Shown here: one piece after another, positions 1-16,447 of the stretch
Numbering within the stretch: the stretch's first letter is position 1
How the letters are laid out: the number at the start of each line of letters is the position of its first letter
DNA from: Macrostomum lignano
Taxonomy: Eukaryota
Length of the DNA stretch: 64,000 bases
NCBI GenBank assembly: GCA_002269645.1
Contig: NIVC01001338.1
Location: 186,001 to 250,000, forward strand
Direction of reading: 5' to 3'
Position numbers and translations under genes: made by a program
Notes under the pieces: model-generated
Told to the model about the DNA's origin: nothing
Seen by the model: the letters and a program-made list of their open reading frames with translations, nothing else
Database searches by the model: none

Positions 1-311
1 TTCAGTCGCAATTTCCTTGTCCTGTCTCTATACTCGACAATTGCAGAACGGGTACTAATCTGCACTCCAGCTTGATGGATTAAGTCTGACTCCCAGTGTC
101 AGGCTGCAGTTGCAGGGCAATTAATTTAGCACTGAATGCCCTTCTGCTTCTATAGAAATTTTCCCCATTCATATTTTACTCTTCTTGACGCTGGAGGCAG
201 AGAAATTTCAAGAAACCGGCGCATTTCCATTATTCTGCTGCAGTTCATCTGATTGAATGAGCTGTTTAATCAGTTTGAGAGCGTTTTGAATGATTTTATT
301 ATCTTGATTTT

Positions 312-1513
<1,202 letters not shown>

Positions 1514-2654
1514 AATCAATATCTCAATCTCCGTCAAGAACAATTATTGAATTTGAGCTATGTTAATTTATTTATTTATCTGTCAATTTGTGATGCAATC
1601 ATATATCTTCTGATTACAGCTAGTAACAGCTAGCATCGAGGAGTTGCAGAACCACTTCAGCAGCCCAGCTTCCTGACTGACAATGTCCCGATGCTGCATC
1701 AGAGAAGAAGCAATACCGCAAGCAGTTGAGGTGCAAATATATAATTTTTTGCTAAACAACAAAATCTCAGCTACTCCAGCCTCTCTTATCGCTCAGCCCC
1801 ATCCTCCTCCCCCATTCCAAGCCGATAAACAGCAGGGAGCCTCTGGTGAGCAAATATTTGAGATTTCCGCTTGGCTCCAAATCAGCAGAGCTTCGCGGAG
1901 ATCTCATTCTCAGCCATGAGACTCTCTCAGCTGACGGAAATTCTGGAAAGCTCGGGCTCATATTCTGTGTACTAATATGGCTCTGCCCATCAGGCGTGGG
2001 TGTGGGTGGATAGATGCCGTTCTCAGGCTTTCCACCTGGTAGGCATGTTGAGTACCGAGAAGTGTCACATTCTTTCTTTGAGCAGCTATTGCTTCTTTTG
2101 AATTTCTTAGAAAACGCCTCGAGAAAAGAGCGGGAGAGACACGCGATTGTGTGTCAAAGGTGTGAGGCTCAGCAAAGCATCCTTTGACAATGAGGATACT
2201 CGTCATGCAAAGCTGGCCTACCCAGAACAATGATCCCTGACACCTAGCAGGTGCTGCTGCTGTTGCTGTGAGCGAGGTGGCGTTCAATAGGTTTTTTGTA
2301 GGTCATAAAAAACTTGTGGATTTCTCTTTCACAATAAAAAATCTTGTTTTCTGATCTGGCATTACGAGATCAGTCAGGTGCAACTGTGTTTCCTCCTGCT
2401 TCGAGTGTTTGCCTGTACCATTTTGCCTGCGGAGCACTTTCTATAGGAGAAGTCAAACTGCTTCATTTTCTACTGCTTAGCCTATCTGAATGAATTGCTA
2501 CTCTTAGTTCTCAGATAATTTCATGAAAGCTTTTTTGTACCAAATTTCTTTTCCTTTAATAATAAACGCCATGCTATTAGTTGAGGTGGATGCGGTTCTG
2601 CAAGATTTTTCAGTGTGCTCGCTTAAGATCAGGTGGAAATGATAAAACATGAGG

Positions 2655-3300
2655 TATAGATAAGATAGAGATGAGATAGAGATGAGATATGGGTGAGATA
2701 GATTTGAGATAGAGATGAGATAGAGATGAGATATGGGTGAGATAGATTTGAGATAGAGATGAGATATGGGTGAGATAGATTTGAGATAGAGATGAGATAT
2801 GGGTGAGATAGATTTGAGATAGAGATGAGATATGGGTGAGATAGATTTGAGATAGAGATGAGATATGGGTGAGATAGATTTGAGATAGAGATGAGATATG
2901 GGTGAGATAGAGATGAGATAGAGATGAGATAGACATGACATAGATTTGAGATAGAGATGAGATAGATATGAGATAGACATGAGATAGACGTAAGATAGAG
3001 ATGAGAAAGAGATGAGATAGAGATGAGACATAAATGAGATATAGATGAGATAGACATGAGATAGACATGAGATTAAGGTGAAATAGAGATGAGATAGACA
3101 TGAGATAGAGATGAGATATAAATGAGATATAGATGAGATAGACATGACATAGACGTGAGATTAAGGTGAAATAGAGATGATATAGACATGATATAGAGAT
3201 GAGATAGACATGAGATAGAGATAAGATAGACATGAGATATTGATGAGAAATAGATGAGATAGAGATGAGATAGACATGAGATAGACATGAGATAGAGACG
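2655..3300. repeat. GAGATA/GAGAT-based compound minisatellite in the GPCR intron
   Basis: Repeated gagatagagatgagatatgggtgagatagattt and variants; explains the SHLYL/ISIS ORFs. Confidence 0.95.
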
Positions 3301-3333
3301 AGCTAGAAACGAAATGCGCAGGCCGTGACTCAC

Positions 3334-3659
3334 CTCTGCGCGGTGGACACGTACAAGGTGTACACCAGCAAGAAGGCGGCATCAACCAGCGCAATGGCCG
3401 CCATGTACTTGTAGGCCTGGCCATCAAACTGCGGCTTGCGCAGCACGCAGAAGTTGACCAAGTTCAACAGGAACCCGGTGCAGCACAGGGCCAGAGGCGA
3501 GTAGAAAGTCAGCGCCAGCTCCCAGCGCAGCTCGCTGTCAAGCAAGCGACAGCCAGACTGATTGGCCAGGTGCTCCACGATTAGTCTGGGCGATGATTGA
3601 CAGGTGAGATTTGTATCCGGCGTGCTGAGCAGCTGGTGAGACTTGGCGCTCGAGACCAT
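3334..3659 (-). CDS. First coding exon of a rhodopsin-class (peptide-receptor-like) GPCR: N-terminus, TM1, TM2; downstream exons not identified
   Basis: ATG at 3659; TM1 LALCCTGFLLNLVNFCVL and TM2 YKYMAAIALVDAAFLL (GxxxN and LAxxD-like motifs); ends at AG|GTGAG donor (phase 2). Confidence 0.7.
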
Positions 3660-4084
3660 TTTTCAGTGCAACTATCTGAGTGACAGCGGGGGAAACTGGC
3701 GGTAGAATCGCCGCATGGCTCTTATAGCCCAAGTCTGCGCGTTCTGATTGGCTGCCTGGGGCGTAGATTCGTGTTGGGGAGTCTGCGGCCGCATGGTACT
3801 GATGTTGATTAAATTAATCTAACAGTAGCTGGCTATAGAAAATGAAATTCGGATCATGTTTTCTATGCGACATATTTTATTGGATTTGGCTGTTTGTACT
3901 TTCTCTGAGAATAGATATCGTATTAAAATGGATGTGCAGGCGTACTGGCCCTGCGATTCTTTCAGATGTAGACTAGCAATCTTGAGCCCCCGCTAATTAA
4001 TGAAGGAAAATAAAACTTTTCACAGTCACAAATACAAACTAAGCTCATTTGAGACAGACCCAGAGACACATCAATACAGGTAAA

Positions 4085-4850
4085 TCCCACCATGGCACAC
4101 CAAGACACACCAAGTCACATCAGGACACATCAAGACACATCAAGACAAAAAAGACACAAGACACATCAATACTCATCAAGACCCACCAAGACACACCGAG
4201 ACACACCAAAGCACACCAAGACACTTTAAGACACACCAAGACACACCAAGACTCACCAAGACAGACCAAAAGACATCAAGACACATCAAGACACATCAAG
4301 ACACGCCAAGACACACCAAAAGACATCAAGGCACACCAAGAACACACCAAAAGACATCAAGGCACACCAAAACACACCAAAAGACATCAAGACACACCAA
4401 AAGACATCAAGGCACACCAAAACACACCGAAAGATATCAAGACACATCAAGACACATCAAGACAAACTAACACACACACCAAAAGACATCAAGACACATC
4501 AAGACACATCAAGACAAACTAACACACACACCGAAAGATATCAAGACACATCAAGACACATCAAGACAAACTAACACACACACCAAAAGACATCAAGACA
4601 CATCAAGACACATCAAGACAAACTAACACACACACCAAAAGACATCAAGACACATCAAGACACATCAAGACAAACTAACACACACACCGAAAGATATCAA
4701 GACACATCAAGACACATCAAGACAAACTAACACACACACCGAAAGATATCAAGACACATCAAGACACATCAAGACAAACTAAAACACGCCAAAAGACATC
4801 AAGACACATCAAGACAAACTAAAACACACCAAAAGACATCAAAACACATT
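4085..4850. repeat. AAGACACATC-based compound tandem repeat
   Basis: Repeated aagacacatc/aagacacacc and ~50-bp higher units. Confidence 0.95.
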
Positions 4851-5219
4851 AGGCCAAGAATTTCACTCTTTTCCTGTTGCCTCCCTAACCAAAAACTCCC
4901 ATAATTATTTGTATATATACATGTAGGCGCTCCAGATGCGGGGACGACAAATGGCCAAATCCCAATCTGCTGTCTGCCTGCAGCTCGAATGCTTCACAGA
5001 CCAATCAACAGAAGAACACAGAGAGATCTGATGGGAAAGTGACAATTTAGGCCGAACTGTCCCGATCGGATTAGGGAATCAGCTTTGTTGACAGCATTGG
5101 GAAATTTGGCAGCTGCTCAAACTCGAGCTGAGTAGCAGCTTTGAGAGCGAGATCAAAGTGCTCGAGCTGGAGCTCTGGTTGCGATTGAAAATGGTTTAAA
5201 TTTGAGTAGAGTGAGCCTG

Positions 5220-8200
5220 AAATCTGAGCTAACTAACAGTGTGCTAATGATTGAGTACAGGAATCTGAGCTAATTAACAGTGTGCTAATGATTGAGTACA
5301 GGAATCTGAGCTAAATAACGGTGTGCTAATGATTGAGTACAGGAATCTGAGCTAATTAACGGTGTGCTAATGATTGAGTACAGGAATCTGACCTAATTAC
5401 CAGTGTGCTAATGATTGAGTACAGGAATCTGAGCTAACTAACAGTGTGCTAATGATGAGTACAGGAATCTGACCTAATTAACAGTGTGCTAATGATTGAG
5501 TACAGGAATCTGAGCTAATTAACAGTGTGCTAATGATTGAGTACAGGAATCTGACCTAATTACCAGTGTGCTAATGATTGAGTACAGGAATCTGAGCTAA
5601 CTAACAGTGTGCTAATGATTGAGTACAGGAATCTGAGCTAACTAACAATGTGCTAATGATTGAGTACAGGAATCTGAGCTAATTACCAGTGTGCTAATGA
5701 TTGAGTACAGGAATCTGAGCTAACTAACAATGTGCTAATGATTGAGTACAGGAACCTGAGCTAACTAACAATGTGCTAATGATTGAGTACAGGAATCTGA
5801 GCTAATTAACGGTGTGCTAATGATTGAGTACAGGAATCTGACCTAATTACCAGTGTGCTAATGATTGAGTACAGGAATCTGAGCTAACTAACAGTGTGCT
5901 AATGATGAGTACAGGAATCTGACCTAATTAACAGTGTGCTAATGATTGAGTACAGGAATCTGAGCTAATTAACAGTGTGCTAATGATTGAGTACAGGAAT
6001 CTGACCTAATTACCAGTGTGCTAATGATTGAGTACAGGAATCTGAGCTAACTAACAGTGTGCTAATGATTGAGTACAGGAATCTGAGCTAACTAACAATG
6101 TGCTAATGATTGAGTACAGGAATCTGAGCTAATTACCAGTGTGCTAATGATTGAGTACAGGAATCTGAGCTAACTAACAATGTGCTAATGATTGAGTACA
6201 GGAACCTGAGCTAACTAACAATGTGCTAATGATTGAGTACAGGAATCTGAGCTAATTACCAGTGTGCTAATGATTGAGTACAGGAATCTGAGCTAATTAC
6301 CAGTGTGCTAATGATTGAGTACAGGAATCTGAGCTAACTAACAGTGTGCTAATGATTGAGTACAGGAATCTGAGCTAACTAACAGTGTGCTAATGATTGA
6401 GTACAGGAATCTGACCTAACTAACAATGTGCTAATGATTGAGAACAGGATCTGAGCTAATTACCAGTGTGCTAAAATGATTGAGTACAGGAATCTGAGCT
6501 AATTACCAGTGTGCTAATGATTGAGTACAGGAATCTGAGCTAATTAACAGTGTGCTAATGATTGAGTACAGGAATCTGAGCTAACTAACAGTGTGCTAAT
6601 GATTGAGTACAGGAATCTGACCTAATTAACAGTGTGCTAATGATTGATTACAGGAATCTGAGCTAATTACCAGTGTGCTAATGATTGAGTACAGGAATCT
6701 GACCTAATTAACAGTGTGCTAATGATTGAGTACAGGAATCTGAGCTAACTAACAATGTGCTAATGATTGATTACAGGAATCTGAGCTAATTACCAGTGTG
6801 CTAATGATGAGTACAGGAATCTGACCTAATTATTACCAGTGTGCTAATGATTGAGTACAGGAACCTGAGCTAACTAACAATGTGCTAATGATTGAGTACA
6901 GGAACCTGCGCTAACTAACAATGTGCTAATGATTGAGTACAGGAATCTGAGCTAATTAACAGTGTGCTAATGATTGATTACAGGAATCTAACCTAATTAC
7001 CAGTGTGCTAATGATTGAGTACAGGAATCTGAGCTAACTAACAGTGTGCTAATGATTGAGTACAGGAATCTAAGCTAATTAACAGTGTGCTAATGATTGA
7101 GTACAGGAATCTGAGCTAATTAACAGTGTGCTAATGATTGAGTACAGGAATCTGAGCTAATTAACAGTGTGCTAATGATTGAGTACAGGAATCTGAGCTA
7201 ACTAACAGTGTGCTAATGATTGAGTACAGGAATCTGAGCTAACTAACAGTGTGCTAATGATTGATTACAGGAATCTGAGCTAATTATCAGTGTGCTAATG
7301 ATTGAGTACAGGAATCTGAGCTAACTAACAGTGTGCTAATGATTGAGTACAGGAATCTGACCTAATTAACAGTGTGCTAATGATTGAGTACAGGAATCTG
7401 AGCTAATTACCAGTGTGCTAATGATTGATTACAGGAATCTGAGCTAATTACCAGTGTGCTAATGATTGAGTACAGGAATATGAGCTAACTAACAGTGTGC
7501 TAATGATTGAGTACAGGAATCTGAGCTAATTACCAGTGTGCTAATGATTGATTACAGGAATCTGAGCTAATTACCAGTGTGCTAATGATTGAGTACAGGA
7601 ATCTGACCTAATTAACAGTGTGCTAATGATTGAGTACAGGAATCTGAGCTAACTAACAATGTGCTAATGATTGATTACAGGAATCTGAGCTAATTACCAG
7701 TGTGCTAATGATTGAGTACAGGAATCTGACCTAATTAACAGTGTGCTAATGATTGAGTACAGGAATCTGAGCTAATTAACAGTGTGCTAATGATTGATTA
7801 CAGGAATCTGAGCTAACTAACAGTGTGCTAATGATTGAGTACAGGAATCTGACCTAATTAACAGTGTGCTAATGATTGAGTACAGGAATCTGACCTAATT
7901 ACCAGTGTGCTAATGATTGAGTACAGGAATCTGACCTAATTAACAATGTGCTAATGATTGAGTACAGGAATCTGACCTAATTAACAATGTGCTAATGATT
8001 GAGTACAGGAATCTGAGCTAACTAACAGTGTGCTAATGATTGAGTACAGGAATCTGACCTAATTAACAGTGTGCTAATGATTGAGTACAGGAATCTGAGC
8101 TAATTAACAATGTGCTAATGATTGAGTACAGGAATCTGACCTAATTACCAGTGTGCTAATGATTGAGTACAGGAATCTGACCTAATTAACAATGTGCTAA

Positions 8201-11200
8201 TGATTGAGTACAGGAATCTGACCTAATTAACAGTGTGCTAATGATTGAGTACAGGAATCTGAGCTAACTAACAATGTTCTAATGATTGATTACAGGAATC
8301 TGAGCTAACTAACAATGTGCTAATGATTGAGTACAGGAATCTGAGCTAACTAACAGTGTGCTAATGATTGAGTACAGGAATCTGACCTAATTAACAGTGT
8401 GCTAATGATTGATTACAGGAATCTGAGCTAACTAACAATGTGCTAATGATTGAGTACAGGAATCTGAGCTAACTAACAGTGTGCTAAGGATTGAGTACAG
8501 GAATCTGACCTAATTAACAGTGTGCTAATGATTGATTACAGGAATCTGAGCTAACTAACAGTGTGCTAATGATTGAGTACAGGAATCTGAGCTAATTAAC
8601 AATGTGCTAATGATTGAGTACAGGAATCTGACCTAATTAACAGTGTGCTAATGATTGATTACAGGAATCTGAGCTAACTAACAGTGTGCTAATGATTGAG
8701 TACAGAAATCTGAGCTAACTAACAATGTGCTAATGATTGAGTACAGGAATCTGAGCTAACTAACAGTGTGCTAATGATTGAGTACAGGAATCTGAGCTAA
8801 TTACCAGTGTGCTAATGATTGATTACAGGAATCTGAGCTAATTAACAGTGTGCTAATGATTGAGTACAGGAACCTGAGCTAACTAACAATGTGCTAATGA
8901 TTGAGTACAGGAATCTGAGCTAATTAACAGTGTGCTAATGATTGAGTACAGGAATCTGAGCTAATTACCAGTGTGCTAATGATTGAGTACAGGAATCTGA
9001 GCTAACTAACAGTGTGCTAATGATTGAGTACAGGAATCTGAGCTAATTAACAGTGTGCTAATGATTGAGTACAGGAATCTGAGCTAACTAACAGTGTGCT
9101 AATGATTGAGTACAGGAATCTGAGCTAACTAACAGTGTGCTAATGATTGAGTACAGGAATCTGAGCTAATTACCAGTGTGCTAATGATTGATTACAGGAA
9201 TCTGAGCTAATTAACAGTGTGCTAATGATTGAGTACAGGAATCTGAGCTAATTACCAATAATTACCAATGTGCTAATGATTGAGTACAGGAATCTGAGCT
9301 AATTAACAATGTGCTTATGATTGAGTACAGGAATTTGAGCTAATTACCAGTGTGCTAATGATTGAGTACAGGAATCTGAGCTAATTACCAGTGTGCTAAT
9401 GATTGATTACAGGAATCTGAGCTAATTACCAGTGTGCTAATGATTGAGTACAGGAATCTAAGCTAATTAACAGTGTGCTAATGATTGATTACAGGAATCT
9501 GAGCTAATTAACAGTGTGCTAATGATTGAGTACAGGAATCTGAGCTAACTAACAGTGTGCTAATGATTGAGTACAGGAATCTGAGCTAACTAACAGTGTG
9601 CTAATGATTGAGTACAGGAATCTGAGCTAACTAACAGTGTGCTAATGATTGAGTACAGGAATCTGAGCTAATTACCAGTGTGCTAATGATTGATTACAGG
9701 AATCTGAGCTAATTAACAGTGTGCTAATGATTGAGTACAGGAATCTGACCCAATTAACAATGTGCTAATGATTGAGTACAGGAATCTGACCTAATTAACA
9801 ATGTGCTTATGATTGAGTACAGGAATTTGAGCTAATTACCAGTGTGCTAATGATTGAGTACAGGAATCTGAGCTAATTACCAGTGTGCTAATGATTGATT
9901 ACAGGAATCTGAGCTAATTACCAGTGTGCTAATGATTGAGTACAGGAATCTGAGCTAATTAACAGTGTGCTAATGATTGAGTACAGGAATCAGACCTAAT
10001 TACCAGTGTGCTAATGATTGAGTACAGGAATCTGACCTAATTACCAGTGTGCTAATGATTGAGTACAGGAATCTGACCTAATTAACAATGTGCTAATGAT
10101 TGAGTACAGGAATCTGAGCTAATTACCAGTGTGCTAATGATTGAGTACAGGAATCTGACCTAATTAACAGTGTGCTAATGATTGAGTACAGGAATCTGAC
10201 CTAATTAACAGTGTGCTAATGATTGAGTACAGGAATCTGACCTAATTAACAGTGTGCTAATGATTGAGTACAGGAATCTGAGCTAATTAACAGTGTGCTA
10301 ATGATTGAGTACAGGAATCTGAGCTAATTAACAGTGTGCTAATGATTGAGTACAGGAATCTGACCTAATTAACAGTGTGCTAATGATTGAGTACAGGAAT
10401 CTGACCTAATTACCAGTGTGCTAATGATTGAGTACAGGAATCTGACCTAATTAACAATGTGCTAATGATTGAGTACAGGAATCTGACCCAATTAACAATG
10501 TGCTAATGATTGAGTACAGGAATCTGAGCTAACTAACAGTGTGCTAATGATTGAGTACAGGAATCTGACCCAATTAACAATGTGCTTATGATTGAGTACA
10601 GGAATCTGACCTAATTAACAGTGTGCTAATGATTGAGTACAGGAATCTGACCTAATTACCAGTGTGCTAATGATTGAGTACAGGAATCTGACCTAATTAA
10701 CAATGTGCTAATGATTGAGTACAGGAATCTGACCCAATTAACAATGTGCTAATGATTGATTACAGGAATCTGAGCTAATTACCAGTGTGTTAATGATTGA
10801 GTACAGGAATCTGACCTAATTAACAATGTGCTAATGATTGAGTACAGGAATCTGACCTAATTAACAATGTGCTAATGATTGAGTACAGGAATCTGAGCTA
10901 ACTAACAGTGTGCTAATGATTGAGTACAGGAATCTGACCTAATTAACAGTGTGCTAATGATTGAGTACAGGAATCTGAGCTAATTAACAATGTGCTAATG
11001 ATTGAGTACAGGAATCTGACCTAATTACCAGTGTGCTAATGATTGAGTACAGGAATCTGACCTAATTAACAATGTGCTAATGATTGAGTACAGGAATCTG
11101 ACCTAATTAACAATGTGCTAATGATTGAGTACAGGAATCTGAGCTAACTAACAGTGTGCTAATGATTGAGTACAGGAATCTGAGCTAACTAACAATGTGC

Positions 11201-13310
11201 TAATGATTGATTACAGGAATCTGAGCTAACTAACAATGTGCTAATGATTGAGTACAGGAATCTGAGCTAACTAACAGTGTGCTAATGATTGAGTACAGGA
11301 ATCTGACCTAATTAACAGTGTGCTAATGATTGATTACAGGAATCTGAGCTAACTAACAATGTGCTAATGATTGAGTACAGGAATCTGAGCTAACTAACAG
11401 TGTGCTAATGATTGAGTACAGGAATCTGAGCTAATTAACAGTGTGCTAATGATTGATTACAGGAATCTGAGCTAATAACAGTGTGCTAATGATTGAGTAC
11501 AGGAATCTGAGCTAATTAACAGTGTGCTAATGATTGAGTACAGGAATCTGAGCTAATTAACAGTGTGCTAATGATTGAGTACAGGAATCTGAGCTAATTA
11601 ACAGTGTGCTAATGATTGAGTACAGGAATCTGAGCTAACTAACAATGTGCTAATGATTGAGTACAGGAATCTGAGCTAATTAACAGTGTGCTAATGATTG
11701 AGTACAGGAATCTGAGCTAATTAACAGTGTGCTAATGATTGAGTACAGGAATCTGAGCTAATTAACAGTGTGCTAATGATTGAGTACAGGAATCTGAGCT
11801 AATTACAATGTGCTAATGATTGAGTACAGGAATCTGAGCTAATTAACAGTGTGCTAATGATTGAGTACAGGAATCTGAGCTAATTACCAGTGTGCTAATG
11901 ATTGAGTACAGGAATCTGAGCTAATTACAGTGTGCTAATGATTGAGTACAGGAATCTGAGCTAATTACAGTGTGCTAATGATTGAGTACAGGAATCTGAG
12001 CTAATAACAGTGTGCTAATGATTGAGTACAGGAATCTGAGCTAACTAACAATGTGCTAATGATTGAGTACAGGAATCTGAGCTAATTAACAGTGTGCTAA
12101 TGATTGAGTACAGGAATCTGAGCTAATTACAGTGTGCTAATGATTGAGTACAGGAATCTGAGCTAACTAACAGTGTGCTAATGATTGAGTACAGGAATCT
12201 GAGCTAATTAACAGTGTGCTAATGATTGAGTACAGGAATCTGAGCTAACAAACAGTGTGCTAATGATTGATTACAGGAATCTGAGCTAATTACCAGTGTG
12301 CTAATGATTGAGTACAGGAATCTGAGCTAATTACCAGTGTGCTAATGATTGAGTACAGGAATCTGAGCTAATTACCAGTGTGCTAATGATTGAGTACAGG
12401 AATCTGAGCTAACTAACAGTGTGCTAATGATTGAGTACAGGAATCTGACCTAATTAACAGTGTGCTAATGATTGATTACAGGAATCTGAGCTAATTACCA
12501 GTGTGCTAATGATTGAGTACAGGAATCTGAGCTAACTAACAGTGTGCTAATGATTGAGTACAGGAATCTGAGCTAACTAACAGTGTGCTAATGATTGAGT
12601 ACAGGAATCTGACCTAATTAACAGTGTGCTAATGATTGAGTACAGGAATCTGACCTAATTACCAGTGTGCTAATGATTGAGTACAGGAATCTGAGCTAAC
12701 TAACAGTGTGCTAATGATTGAGTACAGGAATCTGAGCTAACTAACAGTGTGCTAATGATTGAGTACAGGAATCTGAGCTAACTAACAGTGTGCTAATGAT
12801 TGATTACAGGAATCTGAGCTAATTACCAGTGTGCTAATGATTGAGTACAGGAATCTGAGCTAACTAACAGTGTGCTAATGATTGAGTACAGGAATCTGAG
12901 CTAACTAACAGTGTGCTAATGATTGAGTACAGGAATCTGACCTAATTAACAGTGTGCTAATGATTGAGTACAGGAATCTGAGCTAATTACCAGTGTGCTA
13001 ATGATTGAGTACAGGAATCTGAGCTAACTAACAGTGTGCTAATGATTGAGTACAGGAATCTGAGCTAACTAACAGTGTGCTAATGATTGAGTACAGGAAT
13101 CTGAGCTAATTACCAGTGTGCTAATGATTGAGTACAGGAATCTGAGCTAATTACCAATGTGCTAATGATTGAGTACAGGAATCTGAGCTAATTAACAATG
13201 TGCTAATGATTGAGTACAGGAATTTGAGCTAATTACCAGTGTGCTAATGATTGAGTACAGGAATCTGAGCTAATTAACAGTGTGCTAATGATTGAGTACA
13301 GGAACCTTAG
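5220..13310. repeat. 41-bp satellite, ~8.1 kb (~195 copies), consensus TCTGAGCTAATTAACAGTGTGCTAATGATTGAGTACAGGAA
   Basis: Period 41 measured (aatctgagc at 5221 and 5262); continuous array. Confidence 0.99.
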
Positions 13311-14329
13311 CTCATTAACGGTTGCTCAAAAACCGTATAAATCTAGCAAGCATGTGGGGACAAGAGAAGAAATGAAGGACAAATCTTACTAACGAGCATC
13401 CCACACAATCGATTAGGTCAGAAAAAATGAGTTCAAAGCATCGATTGCCCCTGATATTCGATTCTTTTCAAGATGAAAGAAGAGGTGAAGCAGCTCTCCT
13501 GCCAGCTATCCGACCCACTCGCTGCTCAACGGTAAAAATAGCGAATGAATTTCGGTTTCGAATTTCTCAACTCTCCATCAGTCGAACACGCAGCATCTCC
13601 TCTCTCAGCACTCGAGTAATCCAAGCGTGATCGAGCCGGGTTTAACTTGGGTGGGCCAAGTTTACTGCTCTGGCATTCCCAATAGTCTGCTGCTTCCAAG
13701 CGTCTTTTAACTTGGCAAAAGCAGCTGTCAATTTCCCAGCTGCAGGAGTAGACTGGGAAAGTCAAACAGTAATCTCTCTCCACTTCTAGAGACGGCCGGG
13801 GCAGCTCAGGCAAAGAGAGTCCCGAAACTCTTGACTAGCTCGAAGGTTTTTCTGCTTCTGTTCGAGTGGGGAAAACAGCAAAATGCTCTTTTTGGTCGGC
13901 TTCACTCCGGAGAGCTGCTTGAAAACAAAAGTATTATTGAAAAAAGCTTTCAGAGAATCGCTTGCAGCTCAGAACGCGGCGCGTGTCTGTCTGATTGCCT
14001 CTCTTCAAAATAGAAGCTATTCTTCTTCAAAAGAAAACAGTTGTTGCTCTCAATTAGCGCTAATTGGAAGCAGCGAAGTGCTGAGGTGCAGGTGACCTTG
14101 TATGGGACAGTGCATGGTTGCACCGAGACTCAAAGGTTTCTCGGGATTTTTTTGCTACGGAATCCTGAGCACGGTGGCTTGAGAAGTCCTGGTCAGACAG
14201 CCATCCCTGCAGCCGGGTCAGATTGCTGGTCCCTCTGATTTTTATGGCTTTGAATACTCAGGATCTGCAGATCTGCATGCGAAACCATGAGATGAGAAAG
14301 TTTTTTTGAGTGACTGTTGGTTAAGGTAA

Positions 14330-15205
14330 CTGGGTGAGAGTTGCAGTGAGTGTTATAGAGACAGTTGCCCTGAAAGTTGCGGTGAGAGTGAGAGTGAGAG
14401 TTGCCGTGAGAGTTGCAGTAAGAGTTGCAGTAAGAGTTGCAGTGAGAGTTTGAGTGAGAGTTTGAGTGGGAGTTACAGTGAGAGTTGCAGTGAGAGTTGC
14501 AGTGAGAGTTACAGTGAGAGTGAGAGTTACAGTGAGAGTGAGAGTTACAGTGAGAGTGAGAGTTACAGTGAGAGTGAGAGTTGCAGTGAGAGTTGCAGTG
14601 AGAGTTGCAGTAAGAGTTGCAGTGAGAGTTACAGTGAGAGTGAGAGTCCCAGTGAGAGTTACAGTGAGAGTGAGAGTGAGAGTTGCAGTGAGAGTTGCAG
14701 TGAGAGTTACAGTGAGAGTTACAGTGAGAGTTACAGTGAGAGTTACAGTGAGAGTTACAGTGAGAGTTACAGTGAGAGTTACAGTGAGAGTTACAGTGAG
14801 AGTTACAGGGAGAGTTGCAGTGAGAGTTGCAGTGAGAGTTACAGTGAGAGTTGCAGTGAGAGTTGCAGTGAGAGTTACAGTGAGAGTTACAGTGAGAGTT
14901 ACAGTGAGAGTTACAGTGAGAGTTACAGTGAGAGTTGCAGTGAGAGTTACAGTGAGAGTTACAGTGAGAGTTACAGTGAGAGTTACAGTGAGAGTTACAG
15001 TGAGAGTTACAGTGAGAGTTACAGTGAGAGTTACAGTGAGAGTTACAGTGAGAGTTACAGTGAGAGTTACAGTGAGAGTTACAGTGAGAGTTACAGTGAG
15101 AGTTACAGTGAGAGTTACAGTGAGAGTTACAGTGAGAGTTACAGTGAGAGTTACAGTGAGAGTTACAGTGAGAGTTACAGTGAGATTTGCAGTGAGAGTT
15201 ACAGT
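14330..15205. repeat. 12-bp minisatellite (AGTGAGAGTTAC/GC)n
   Basis: Direct reading; source of the SESY and VRVT pseudo-ORFs. Confidence 0.98.
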
Positions 15206-15622
15206 GATCGAGACTGGGGTTACAGTATCAACAGTCTATGTTTGACAGTAGCAAGTGAAATAACAGCAAGCTGTCAGAATTTACACAATACCAACCAGAT
15301 ACCAGATAAAAGTACTTTTGCAGCATTAGCAAGCCAGTAGCAAGCATTCTGAGTCTGTTAGCAGCAACTGCACAAGGCTTTTGTTGGGATTTTTTCCCTT
15401 CCCAAGTTGCGCCGCTCCCCCCCCCGCTCTGTATCCTGGGGAACGGGCCCATGTATGTAGGTGTTCGCAAAGAGCTCGAGTGTTGTAAATAATAACCATA
15501 ACTCCCATCTAAACATTATGGATTTACCGATACTGATGGAGTGCCAGCCCAGGAAGCTGAGCGTTTATTGGAGTGCTACTACACCAAATTTACTACTGTG
15601 TGAGTTTAGCTGTAAGTAGTAC

Positions 15623-16447
<825 letters not shown>

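Noticed and set aside
1560-2640. Downstream GPCR exons or a separate gene
   Set aside because: No transmembrane or recognisable motifs, and no convincing phase-2 exon.
5220-13310. CRISPR-like appearance of long arrays
   Set aside because: Pure tandem repeats without unique spacers, in a eukaryotic context with no cas genes.
13320-14330. Short ORFs between the satellites
   Set aside because: No homology I can recognise and no splice-supported model.
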